Below are positions 49,440-62,654 of a DNA stretch of 64,000 nt, piece after piece. Source of the stretch: Mobula birostris (taxonomy: Eukaryota); the NCBI RefSeq assembly GCF_030028105.1, contig NC_092379.1, positions 25,847,821 to 25,911,820 on the forward strand, read 5' to 3'. Made by a program: the position numbers and the translations under genes. Below the pieces are notes generated by a model. The model was given only the letters and a program-made list of their open reading frames with translations. It ran no database searches and was not told where the DNA came from. Numbering within the stretch: position 1 is the first letter of the stretch; each line of letters starts with the position of its first letter.

Positions 49440-51103
49440 CCCAACCAACACACATTCAAATCTCCCCTCCTACCCCTCCTCACAGTCCCCCACCCTGCTC
49501 CCATGACTATACCCCTTCCCCACACGAAACCACCACGGTGGGCTTCACAGCTGAACAGGTGAGAAGACAGCTGAAATGCCTCAGCCCAAGCAAGGCTGCA
49601 GGACCGGATGGTTTCAGCACCAGGGCGCTCAAAGCCTGTGCCCCTCAGCTATGCGGAGTATTTTACCATGTCTTCAACCTCAGCTTGATGCTCCCGACGG
49701 TTTCTGTGCTGTGGAAGACGTCCTGCCGTGTCCCTGTGCCGAAGACGCCGAGCCCCAGCGGTCTCAATGACTACAGACCGGTGGCATTGACCTCCCACGT
49801 CATGAAGACCATGGGCAGACTTGTTCTCGAGCTGCTCCGGCCTATGGTCAGGCTACACTTAGATCCCCCATGTTCGCCTACCAGCCCCGCCTAGGAGTTG
49901 AGTGTGCCATCGTCTACTTGCTGAACCGTGTCTACTCCCACCTGGACAAGCCAGCGAGTACCATGAGGGTCTTGTTTATTGACTTCTCCAGTGCGTTCAA
50001 CGCCATCCGCTCTGCTCTGCTGGGGAAGAAGCTGACAGCGATGCAGGTGGATGCTTTCCTGGTGTCATGGATTCTTGCTTACCTGACTGGCTGACCACAG
50101 TACGTGCGCTTGCAACACTGTGTGTCCGACAGAGTGATCAGCAGCACTTGGGCTCCACGGGGAACTGTCTTGTCTCCCTTTCTCTTCACCATTTACACCT
50201 CGGACTTCGAATACTGCACAGACTCTTGTCATCTTCAGAAGTTTTCTGATGACTCTGCCATGGTTGGATGCATCAGCAAGGCAGATGAGACTGAGTACAG
50301 GGCTACGGTAGGAAACTTTGTCACATGGTGCGATCAGAATTATCTGCATCTTAATGTTAAAAAAAAAAGACTAAGGAGCTGGTGGTAGACCTGAGGAGAG
50401 CTAAGGTACCGGTGACCCCGGTTTCCACCTAGGGGGTCAGTGTGCATGGTGGAGAATTACAAATACCTGGGGATGAGAATTGACAACAAATTGGACTGGT
50501 CAAAGAACACTGAGGCCGTCCACAAGAAGGGTCAGAGACGTCTCTATTTCTTGAGGAGTCTGAGGTCCTTTAACATATGACAGACGATGCTGAGGATGTT
50601 TACGAGTCTGTGGTGGCCTGTGCGATTATGCTTGCTGTTTTGTGCTGGTACAGCAGTCTGAGAGTAGCAGACACCAACAGAATCAAGAAACTCATTCGTA
50701 AGGCCAGGGATGTTTCTGGGGATGGAACTGGACTCTCTGAAAAGAGGATGCTTCCCAAGTTGCATGCCATCTTGGAAAACTTCTCCCATACACTACACAA
50801 TGTACTATTTGGGCACAGGATTACATTCAGCCAGAGACTCATTCCGTCGAGATGCAACACAGAGAGTCACAGGAAGTCATTCCTGCTTGTGGCCATCAAA
50901 CTTTACAACTCCTCCCTTGGAAGGTTAGACACCCTGAACCAATTAGCTTGTCCTGGACGTATTTCCTGACATAATTCACATATTATTATTTAACTATTTA
51001 TGCTTTTATTACTATTTAATTATTTATGGTGCAACTGTAATGAAAACCAATTTCCGCCGGGATCAATAAAGTATGACTATGCCAATGACTATGAATATGA
51101 CTA
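49440..51103 (+). mobile_element. Rex1/Babar LINE 3' half
   Basis: KAAGPDG..RALKACAPQL, LNDYRPVALTSHVMK, FIDFSSAFN, FSDDSA. Tail of GACTAT-type repeats after AATAAA. Confidence 0.88.
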
Positions 51104-54100
51104 TGTTACATGTTCACGGAGATCTGTGTTTGTTTGTTTTTTTGTGAGAATGATATAATGGTCTTTTGGAGGTCAACTGATGTGATTTTCCCGCCGATGT
51201 GAGGTCACGTAATAACCTGTGCACCATTGGTATATAAGAGTCGACCCCAGGTGACGCACTTAGTTTTTAGATTATAGATTTCCAGGTAGAACGTGCTGCG
51301 TATCCGTTTCTGTTGCGTGTTTGTTTTTGTGACGCAGTTTCAATATTAAAACGGACTGTTGCGTTCTATTGCAAAATCAAATATTATTGGACTGGAATTT
51401 TTTGGCTAGATGTGCTGATTTACTCAATTCCAGCAGGATCACGGGAGAGTGAAGCCTGTATCTAAGTACAGGATCAAAGCATTAAGTGGAGTCGGCATCG
51501 TTTGGCAGTTTAACAAAGGATCGACCTTATTGCGTCTTCGATGAAGGATTAGCGACCAGCTTCGAGATAACTCTTCCAAAAGAGACCAAAGAGTTCAAGC
51601 AAAGGCTTGCTCTGTCTAAAAGAGAGAGTTCGTTTAAACTGTTTATTTTCTGCCCTACGAATTTTGTAGACGGAACCAGCAGGAAAGTTGCGTCTTTGAA
51701 GAAATTCTTCTCCAGGGAAGTCTCTCCAAATTTAACGTATAAAGCTGTTGCACTTTCAAACTTACCATTTTAAGAACTGTAGCTGACTTTATCACTTTAG
51801 GAACTGTTTTCACAGTGCTTTAACCTGGGGTACTGGAGATTGCTAGGAGGCTGGATATTAACGGAATTACGAGGAATTCCGCCAATCCTTCCATACAAAG
51901 AAAAATCGCTGAACATTATATGACTTTGAATTAATTTGATGAGGACATGTTAGGTAAGTTTCCAATGAGTAATCTGGAAATGCAGTTACATCTTGAACAA
52001 ATAAAGTTAAGGCAACTGATGTGGAAAAGAGTCGGTTAGAAGCTGTAAATAAACAGAAGGGATTCGAGCCTAAAGAAAGAGAAGCTGAAAACCAGCCGAA
52101 ATTTGAGCTAGAGATCGATAAATTAAAGTCCGGGTGTCAGTCTTCTGGTTCTGCGAAAGAGTTTATTGCTAGTCGTGAGGTTATTTCGGCTCCTCCTTTT
52201 AATGAAGCTGAAGTGGACAAATAATCCCAGCATTTCGAAACTATTGCTCTGAGTTTAAAGTGGCCTAAATACTAATGACCATTGATGTTACAAATGTGTA
52301 CTTAAAGGCAAGGCACAACAAGTTTATACAGCTTTAAATGCTGATCACGCACTGAATTATGATATTGTTAAGCATCATATGTTAAAGAAATATGGGATAG
52401 TTCCGGAAGCATATAGAGAATGATTCAGAAGTTTGAAGAAATCGGTGGAAAAACAAAATATGTGGAATTTGCCTTTGAGAAATCTGTGTGTTTGAGGGAT
52501 GGGTTTCCTCTAAAAATGTGAATGGGGAGTATAATGAATTAAAAGAGCTGATTTTGCAGGAGGAATTTTAAAGAAGCATTCCTGCTGAAGTGAAAACATA
52601 CTTAAATGAACGGGACACTGCTACATTGCAGGAGGTTGCTAAATTAGCTGATCAGTATGTTTTATTTCAGAAGAACAAATGTTCTCCAGGTATTTTTTTA
52701 AAAGGGAAAATAGCACAGAGACTCGCGGTAAACCAGAAATTAAACCTGAAATTAGCAAGAAAAGTAATCATGAAGGGGGACATTGGAAGGAAAGACATTT
52801 CGGTATTATCTGTAATTATTGTAAAAAAAAAAAAAATCTGGACATGTAGTAGCTAATTGCTTCCGATTGAAACAGAACGAGAAAGAAGTGGTCCCAGATG
52901 CTTGCGTGCAACATATTGAAAAACCTGTAAAGCCACAGGGTTTAAAAAATATTAATTAAGATGTGTCAGAGTCGGACAAAGTTAAGAAGCGTTATAAAAC
53001 TTTTATAACAGAGGGAGTTCTATCCTCGAAAGAAGGATCCAATTCAGACCAATAAGAATACTTTGAAATACTGGAGTTTCTCAATCACTTATATTAGACA
53101 ATGTGCTAAAGTTTAGTGCTGAGTCTGATATTGGTGAGGTAAATTATATCAGCTGAGTTCGGAGTTCCCTTATGCCACTGCATTTACATAGAATACATTT
53201 AAAGTCCTTACTTACAGTGGTTGTTAATGTAGGATAACAATCCAGTTTACCTGTGAATGATGTTTCTCTTTTGTTAGGGAATAATATAGTAGGTGAACAA
53301 GTTTTTCCAGATATGCATTTGACAATAAATTCAAATTCTGAGGAACCACAGAGGGATTGTAACACAGATTATTTCTGTGTTGTAACACGAGCTATGACGA
53401 AAAAGACTGATGTAAAGTATGAGGTTGTTATCCATGACAGTTCACATCAAGATTCGAATTTTGAGGATGTATCAGAAACTTTCTTGCCTACATTATTTGA
53501 TCAGGATTTTGGGGGTAAGTTTGACCAGGAAGATTTGTCTTTATCTCGGAAGGAGATGATAGCAGAGAAGTGTAGAGATCCTGAGACAGTTAAATTAAAG
53601 AGACAAGCTCTAACAGATAGTGAAATTGAAAAAGTACCAGCACGGTATTATTTTGAAAAGCGGTGATTAATGAGAAAGTGGAGATCGCCAACAATTCCTG
53701 CTAGTGAATAATGGGAAGTTAATAATCAGGGAGTAGTTCCTAAAATTTATCGAAATGGGATTTTAACTATGGCTCCTAGTATTCATTTGGGTGGTCATCT
53801 AGGTGTAAATAAAACTATGAACAAAGATTCGAAACATTTTTATTGGCTTAGTTTAAGACAAGATGTGGCGACATTTTGTAGAACGTGTCCTACATGTCAT
53901 ATTGTGGGTAAACCAAATCAGGTTACTCCAGTGGCCCCACTGTAATAAATTCCAGTATTCAGTGAACCCGTTCTCAAAAATCATCGTAGACTGTGTAGGA
54001 CCTTTGCCAAAGACTAAAACCGGATAGCAATGTTTATTAACTATTATGTGCTCAGCGTCTACGTTTTCTGCCTCAGTACCTCATCTGAATATAAAAGCCA

Positions 54101-57100
54101 CAACTGTGACAAAGGCTCCTATAAAATTATTCATGTATTTTGGGTTGCCTAAGGAAATAAAATCAGATCAAGTAGTAATTTTATGTCTGGATTGTTTCAG
54201 CAGATAGTTTAGAAACAGGGACAAAACAGATTATTTCCTCGGGTTATTATCCAGAATCACAAGGAGCCTTGGAGAGATTTTATTCTACACTAAAAACTGT
54301 CATCAGGACATATTGTGTGGAAAATGAAAAGGACTGGGATGAAGGTATACGTTTACTACTTTTTGCAGTAAGGGAGGTAGTACAGGAATCATTAGGTTTC
54401 AGTCCTTTTGAACTTTTGTTTAGGCATAGAGTTCGAGGACCTTTGGCTTTGTTGAAGGAACAATGAATTAATAAAGAAGTACACACTAATTTGCTAGATT
54501 ATGTTTTGAAACTTAAAGAAAGATTGTATAAAGCTTGTAGCTTAGCCGAGGAAAATTTAGAGGAGCTCAAGAGCAGATGACGACATGGTATGAGAAGGAA
54601 GCTAACATGAGGTAATTTAAGCCTGCAGATACGGTGTTGGGTCTTTTCCCAGTGCAAACGAACCCATTACAAGCCAAATTTCATGGTCCTTATGAGATTA
54701 AATCTAAGGTAAATCATGTAGATAAGGTGGTAAAAACCGCAGATCGGAGAAAGACAACACAGCTGTGTCGTATAAATATGACAAAACCGTAGTATGAGAC
54801 AGAAGTTGCTACTATGACTGTTGTGAACAATATTGAGCCTGATCTTCATGAAACCTTCATGGAGGATTCATCTGAAACTCATTTGAAACACAACATTATT
54901 TCAGTCTAGTTACTAAGTTCAAAAATTCTGGAAATTATTGATGAAAAATTAGCTCATTTACAGCCAGAGCAGAGAGAACAGATGAAACAGTTATTTTTTT
55001 TTTAATATAGAGATTTATTTCCAGACGTCCCTAGAAGAACTACCGTAGCTACGCATGATGTAGATGTTAGAGATGTAAACCGCTAAAAACAATGCCCTTA
55101 TCGAATGAGCAGGGGAAAATGTAAACGTACTGAACAAGAAATTAAGTATATGTTAGAGAATGATATTATTGGACATTCTAATTCGAATTGAATTTAGCCG
55201 TGTTTTATGATGCCTACCCCAGATAATAGTATTAGGTTTTGTACGGATTACAGAAGGGTGAATGCTGTGACAGAAACAGATACATATCCAATCCCTAGGG
55301 TAGATGATTGTGTGGATAAAGTTGAACAGGCCAAATTCCTCCCAATAAAAGATTTGTTAAAAGGTTATTGGTGTGTTCCATTGATTGATAGACATAGAGA
55401 GAATGCAGCATTTGTAAACCAATCTGAGTTATATGAATATAATGGTCTTCAATTTGGGATGAAGTATGCACCAGGTACTTTTCAGTGGATGATTAATAAC
55501 GTGTTTCAGAGATTAAAATATACAGATGCCTGTATCGATGACCTAGTTACAGGTAATAATACGTGGAAAGCACAGATTACTGCGGTGGAGAAATTATTTG
55601 AGAGACTTTCAAAAGATAACTTAACTATTATCTTAGCTAAAAGTAAATTTGGTCATGCCACAGTACTTACCTTGGTTATGTTGTGGGTCAGGGAAAATTA
55701 GCACCTTTTCAAGCAAGAGTTCAGGCAAATTTAAAAGTACCCACTCCAACTGGTAGAAAAACTCTCAGAAGATTCTTGGGTATGGTAGAATATTACAGAA
55801 AATGTGGTAAGAAGTATGCAAACATTGCTCTTTCATTAACAACTCTTTTGAAGAAAACTGTTAAGTGGGTTTAGACAGAGTCTTCTCAGGAGGCATTTGA
55901 TAAATTCAAAGCTAAAATATGCAGTCAAACTGTATTAAGTCTCCTGACATTGAGAAACCATTTTTGTTGGCTGTAGATGCTAGTGTTGAAGATGCAGGAG
56001 CAGTGTCACTTCAAAAAGATGATGGTGATGAAGTTGATCGTCCGGTAGCTTGTTTTCCTAAGAAATTTAATACCCATCGAAGAAATTATTTAACAATAGA
56101 AACATAATTCTTATCTCTTGTTTTGGTTTTACAAAATTTTGATGTGTATGTCGGTAACCACTCACAGTTTATACCAATCATAATCCATTAGCGTTTTAGA
56201 ATAAGATGAAAAGCAAAAATAGAACATTATTAAATTGGAATCTAATGTTACAGGAATACAATATCTTGATCACTCATATTAAGGGTAAAGTTAATGTGAT
56301 TGATGATTGTTTGTCTAGATGTTAAATGTGCAATGAACATGTGCTTTTTTGGAGTGGTATTTTAACATTTGTAACACTCCTACTGTACACTAGTTTGTAA
56401 AGGGCTAAAAGATAAGACTGGGTGTATTATGTTTTTTTGTAAATTTCATACCTTTAGTAATATTTGTATAAATTGTTAATTGTTCAGATTTTGTTATTTA
56501 AAAGAAAAACATGGAGGGGGGATTACACGATCAAGGAGAGCTGTGTTTTTTTGTGAGAATGATGTAATGGTCCTTTGGAGGTCACCTGAAGTGATTGTTC
56601 CCGCCGATGTGACGTCACGTGACGACATGTGCACCATGGGTATATAAGGGTCGACCCCACATGACGCACTTATCTTTCAGTTTGTAGATTTCCAGGTAGA
56701 ACGTGCGGCGTCTCCGATTCTGTTGCGTGTTTGCTTTTGTGACGCAGTTTCATTTTTAAAATAGAGTGTTGCGTTCTATTGCAAGATAAAATATTATTGG
56801 ACTGGAAATTTTTGGCTAGGTGTGCTGATTTACTCAACTTCAGCAGTAGCATGGGAGAGTGAAGACTTTATCGAAGTACAGGATCTACGGATTGAGAGGA
56901 GTCGGCATCGCTTGGCAGTTTAACAAAGGATTGACCTTATTGAGTCTTCAGTGAAGGAGTAGGGAACTAAATCGAGATAACTCTTGCCAGAAAGAGCAAA
57001 AAGTTCATGAAAAGGTATGCTCTGTCGAAAAGAATTTAAGGTCTGTTAGTTTAAACTATTTATTTTCTGCCACGTGAATTCTGTGGACAGCACCAGCACG

Positions 57101-57412
57101 AAAGTTGTTTTTGTGAAGAAATCCTTCTCCAGAGAAGTCTCCCCCCAATCGAGCGTATAAAACTGTTGGTCTTTGGATTTTACCATTTTAAGAACTATAT
57201 CTGACTTTTTCGCTTTAAGAATTGTTTTCGCATTTCACGTTTTAAGAACTAGTGCCGAGTGTCGATTTGTTTAACGGCTGCATAACGGTTAACCTCCGGT
57301 TAAAGTTTTCAGTCGTTTTTTGCCGGATCGTTTATCCGTATTCAATAAATGTTTGGTTGTTTTTATATAATCTGTCTGGATTGAAATTCGTTGTTGCCGG
57401 TTACGTAAAACA
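51104..57412 (+). mobile_element. Gmr1-like Gypsy LTR retrotransposon (gag, protease, integrase, then RT/RNase H), degenerate
   Basis: 5' LTR from 51104 (truncated at about 51800) and 3' LTR 56521-57412 after a purine tract. Gag PPFNEAEVDK. Integrase (ERFYSTLK, SLGFSPFELLF) precedes RT (FCTDYRRVN, IDDLV) and RNase H (AVDAS). Confidence 0.88.
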
Positions 57413-57429
57413 GTATTTGTTTAAATTAA

Positions 57430-60400
57430 CTATTTAACCTCATTAACTAGTTTACATATATACACTCTAATTCAGAGTTATGTTTTTTCTCACTGTAATA
57501 TGAATTGAATAGTACTGCAGCCAGTCATATATACATGATACAGATTCTCATTTTTCTGGATTTCGACATTTCAGTTCTGACTTTGCTTCTTAATATTCCC
57601 AGATACATTTCGACCTGACTATTATGGCAAAATAAGACATCAATTCAGGTTTAGCAGAAGGCTTTATTGGCTTTCTATCTGTTTTAATATTGATCTTTGT
57701 TTGAAACAGCTTCTTAATCATTGAAATAAATTCTGCCGAAGATTTCCCTTTATCGCACGTTAAACCTTTCTCTGTCCTTGCTGCTATCCTGATAATTGCA
57801 TTTTTCCGATTCATCAATCGGTGGAATTTTATCCTGCTGCTCTGTCTTATGTTCTAATATTTCAATTGTAAATTACATTGTTTTAACGTTCTGTACTTAC
57901 TTAATCCAAAGCTCATGTTTTTTTTTTTTATCTTTTAAAATATTTCCACTGTTTGAATGAATTGCCTTTGCTATAATTATGAAGGGGTGTATACCTTCAA
58001 ATCGAGCCTGTATAAATAGTGTGTCCAGGTATAACTTGTTTCGATTCTTCTCATTTGACAACCTATTATCTTCCGCTTCAATCAATTCGAGAGCTGGTTT
58101 AAAGGTAAAAAAAAAAGAAAAAGTCATATTATCCCAGGTTTTTGTTTGATTGTTAACAGCTATCATTATTATTATCGTATACCAATGCTTTGTCTTTTTT
58201 TGGGAATTTCACCGGTATTGGGACAATCCTATATGCATTTAGAGTTTATAGGAGCAATGAGTGCAGGACAGAATCAAATGTTTGTTTGTTTCTTCGTAGT
58301 CTAGCAAACGAACCGAATGTTCTACCTCTCCCCCATGCTTGACTGAGAAATATAGAATCTATTAACAGTTACTCTTTGCATCCTTTCATACACTTACGAC
58401 ATTTCGCTCTGTTCTGCTCTGCTGAACTTATACTGTGAGTACTTAATTGACGGGATATACGTACTTACAGTTTTATGTACGTATTCTAAATAAGTCATGA
58501 GTCGATATTTTCATTTGTGATTCTGCCTTCTGTTAAAACTTGTATTCCTTCTTTCAGATTTTCGGCAGTATTATCAAGATTTTTAGTAAAGTTGTTATGC
58601 TAACTAATGTCATTGTTGCTCCAAACTTTGACGCCAGAAATTCTTTCTTAGCTTTCTTCTTAATGGACGTCATTTAATTCTGAAGCTGTGACTTTTGTTC
58701 CCAGACGCCCGTGTTTTAGGAATGATCCTGTCCGCGTACTATGAATGTAGAATTACATTTTTGGGCAGGCATTTATTTCCCCTATCACTTCAAGCGTTTC
58801 TAAAATTTTTCAAACCACCGCGGAGTCTGATTAATACTGTCATGATTTTAAAAGTTGAAAAAAAAACACAACCTTGCCTTGCTCTAAACAGTGCGTAAAT
58901 CCAATTTAGTGTTTATATTAGTACAGGGCAGTGCAGGCCCTTGGGCTCACGACATTGATTCGACTTATCGTTTTCATTTCAATCCGCATAAATTTCCAAA
59001 TAATACACCCATGAGCCAATCTAAGAGTTACTGTTTTTTCCTAATTTTATCTTAATCGCAGGGTTAGGAAAGTTGATACAACCATGGTATTCAGAAAACA
59101 CTCAAAAATCTGCCTCCCTTACGATTAACTCAGCGGCTCTATTGCTTCTGGAGGGGACTGGCTGCACGTGATTGCTCTTTTCTGTTGCTGGCTTTCCCCA
59201 CACTAACCCGTCAGACGAACTCTACCTTCCTGCAACTGCGAGACCATGCCCGGTTAGCCTGGCAGCTCCCCAACTTATTTTAACGTCTTCCCTGTCGGTT
59301 TCAAAATATATAAAGGAACGACCATCCATCATACAGCACCGCCTTTGTCTTTGTAATGGCCACAACGTTATAGTTTCATGTACTGTTCTTGCTCTAATTT
59401 CTCACATTTGCTCCGTATGCTACCAGTACTAAATACAGAAATTTTAACCTATCCACGTAACTGAAATATGTTAATTTCTACTGCCTATCATTTATAAGGG
59501 TATCTCTAAGCTCTGTATTCAACCATACAGCAGATGGCCCATTCACAGGCCTCTGCCTCTGTCACCCATTCGTCTTCTCAACTACAAAAAAAAAAAAAAA
59601 TAATCCAAACAGGTACACTGTCAGTACGAAAAATTATAGCAGCAGATACGAAAGAGAAATACTACTCTAGCTTTCCCAAAGATCTGTTGGCAATTCGCAC
59701 CATCATCTGTGTTATCACGTTATGTTCAGAAAAAAAAAAACACTCATCGTTTCACATAGCAAAACCTTTGTGGAAGGCTCTTGTGTAGGAAGATATGCTC
59801 TATTATTTGAAGAGATTTCCTTCGTATGTATATTTTTTCAGGGCTTTTTAGAATGATTTCCATGGCCATACCTGACCTTCACCTTCTGCAACAGAACTAG
59901 CTCCCAGCAGAAGTCGATCGTCTCGGCTCACCAAAAGTGTTAGTTTTGGGTCGGTACAGTATGCTTTCGGAAGCACATACTCATCCACACCGAATTTAAT
60001 GACGTTAGTAAAAAAGGTGACATATTCATGCAGCACGGAACAAATTATGGGGAGAAGGAACCTGAGAAGATGGTGTAGTCAAAAAGAAGAAAAGGTATTA
60101 TGACAGAAGAGAAACAGACCACCATCTTAATTATACGAAGCAAGAAATAAACAAGATATTTAATTTTTCCTTCGGATAATTAAGATGACGGTCTGTTTCT
60201 CTTCTGTCATAATACCTTTTCAATCTCCTCCATGCAGTAGAATTTTACCATCAAATCGTTAATGAAAATCAAATAATTCGATATTAACAAAGTAAAGAAA
60301 AGTAAAGCCATTAGCAGGAAATAAGGACTTTAACTGAGATGTGAAAGATACCTACACTACTGACAAAAAAAAAATAAAATCTTGAACTTATAATACACCT

Positions 60401-61450
60401 TCTTCATACGGTAATTATAGGCTTTAAAGAAAAAGCAGATAAAAACAGAGCCGATGCTGCGACAGCTAGACATTAATTAGCGCGGAGTATCCATAACTGT
60501 TGAATAGTGCTCATCAAAAAAAAAAAAACTTCGAGCCGCTCTTGTGGAATGGAAGACACGAAGTGATCCCTCCGAAGGAGAAATTCTTTGATGTGCAGGA
60601 TACAATAGGGTTGGTCTGAGACCTTTTTGGTAACATTCCGACATCAGACGTTTAAAAGCAGCCGCGCCTTCATCACTTTTGTAGAGTAATCTTCGACTTA
60701 TCTGAACTGATATTCTTGAAATTTGATCATACCTTGCCAACGGGCAATTCAAATACGATGCTTTTTAACATGAACATAACGGAAACGGAGGATCACTGGC
60801 ATTGGCTGAAATTCGGAGGACAATTTGGAACACGCTGTACGGTGAACACGGTCAAGCAATGGAGGATCGTCGGGGAATACAGATCTAAACTCATCTTTTA
60901 AAAGTTGAGAGAAGAATTTTAAAGGGTCTCCTTCCTTGACATCCTCAGGGAGGCCAATTATAAGTAAGTTCTGCCTTCTAATTCTGTTTTTAAGATCAGT
61001 AATCTTGTATTTAAAATGTTGCAGATGTTTCATCGTCGCAGATAGTTTCTACTCCAAATTCTGAATTTTCAGATCTCTCTTCCGAGCTTTAACGTCTAAT
61101 TCAGTAACTTTACTTTGATGTTCCTTAACTTCACAAACAAGCAACTTTAAATATTCTTTAACACTTTGACGTTGTTGTTCAAATTTTTGAGTTAAACTTT
61201 GTCGTTGCACTCTTTTTTTTCATTTAAAGGATTCAACAGAATATCAGAAGAATGTTCAGTTTGCTTGGATTCACCTTTTTTTTCCCCTTCCCGTCGGAAT
61301 CCTTCCCGTTTTTAGGCTCTCGCCCTTTAGATCGTCTACTTATTTCTTTGCTCATTTCATCAAATTTCAGTTGCAAGTCCAGGAAAAATCAATAGTATAG
61401 AATAAATCTTCTAGTGCAGGTAAACATAAATTAAGTAAGTGGGATCATAA
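57430..61450 (-). mobile_element. L1-like LINE relic (ORF1 about 60480-61330, ORF2 fragments downstream), with insertions
   Basis: DLKNRIRRQNLLIIGLPE...LDRVHR...PVILRF is an L1 ORF1p signature. Confidence 0.7.
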
Positions 61451-61499
61451 GTAAAACAAAAATAACCAGAAACAACCTTACACAATGAGCGTCTCCCAG

Positions 61500-62645
61500 A
61501 GAATTCCTGGGCTAATTGCATTTGAATTACACAAAATAATTTTGTCAAACTTTCAAATTAATTCAAACAAGGAAACACTGCAACTAGCATATCAAACAGG
61601 CCATAGCTGTCTTTCTTTAAGAATATTACAATATTAACTCCTTCAATTCTGAGTTTCATTATTTTATTTCATTTAAACACGAAAAATAAATGAATGAAAA
61701 CAAAAATGTCTGTTGCACGCAGTGTGATGACTGGGGCTGAATACTTCCTGCTGGTTCCCTGAAATTTGGCATAACTTCAACAGCCAATCTGAGACAGTCT
61801 GTGAGGTTTCTGTCAGTACGGCAGCTCCTGTACTTAGATTTCATAATTTTCATCAGTGAATGCAATTTCACAAAGATAAGTTGACCTGAAGTAGGAACTC
61901 ACTTTCAGTGCCCCATCAGTAGTAATTGGAGCCAGTTTATGAATTAGGATGTCATTTTCACGGAGATAGATTTTAAACTCATAGTAAACATCCTCACCTC
62001 TCGTTCTATCCTTTAATTGTAAAAGAGTGAGGGCATCCTCGATTGTTGTAAAATCCTGCAAAGCCTTCCTGACAAATACCACAAGTTGAGATCATTGCAT
62101 TACATCCAGGGATTCATCGAACGGCATTGAAAAATATTCACACAGTGAAAAGTCCTTTAACACTTTTCGATCCACGTCTTCTGACAGTAGACTCTATCCT
62201 CCTTATCACTGTTGCAGGGCCAAGCGGTATATTATACATTGCGGTTGTGATGTCGTTTGTCTTTTTAAAGTAATTAAAACAGTCTCTGCGGTAATGACCA
62301 TTGCTTCCTTGAATAAATCGCCATCTGTAAAAGGCATCTTGTGTTTCGCCAAAGAGTGGCTTAGACGAAATGATGCGCCCGTATCAGCCTTATTTTGAGC
62401 AGCCTGTTTTGTGAAAAAGGACTGCTGGGCCTTCGACCCCGATTTCAGTTCCTCAACATTCTTCGCATGAAATGCGTTCTTTACGGTGTAGGTGTCAATA
62501 AATTTCTGGTGGTTGGTGTTGTGGTGCCGCTCAGGATTCCCCCTTTTATTCAGTGCTTGGGTCTGGTGGCACAACATATATACAGACCTGTCTTTCACAA
62601 AGTTAAATATAAATTCCTCTTCCTATTCTGGATGGAATTTGCAAA
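61500..62645 (-). mobile_element. hAT (Charlie/SPIN, GTF2IRD2-like) transposase relic
   Basis: ASFRLSHSLAKHKMPFTDGDLFKEAM, APITTDGA and FRSTYLCEIAF motifs. Confidence 0.8.
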
Positions 62646-62654
62646 CACAAAATA

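Noticed and set aside
59840-60070. Possible degenerate V exon (acceptor-like tttttcag, TYSC, CACGGAA)
   Set aside because: No WYxQ or first Cys in a consistent frame, and no nonamer at 12 or 23 nt.
62141-62147. Perfect heptamer CACAGTG, and CACTGTG copies near 26.5, 43.2 and 50.1 kb
   Set aside because: Inside transposon sequence with no correctly spaced nonamer.
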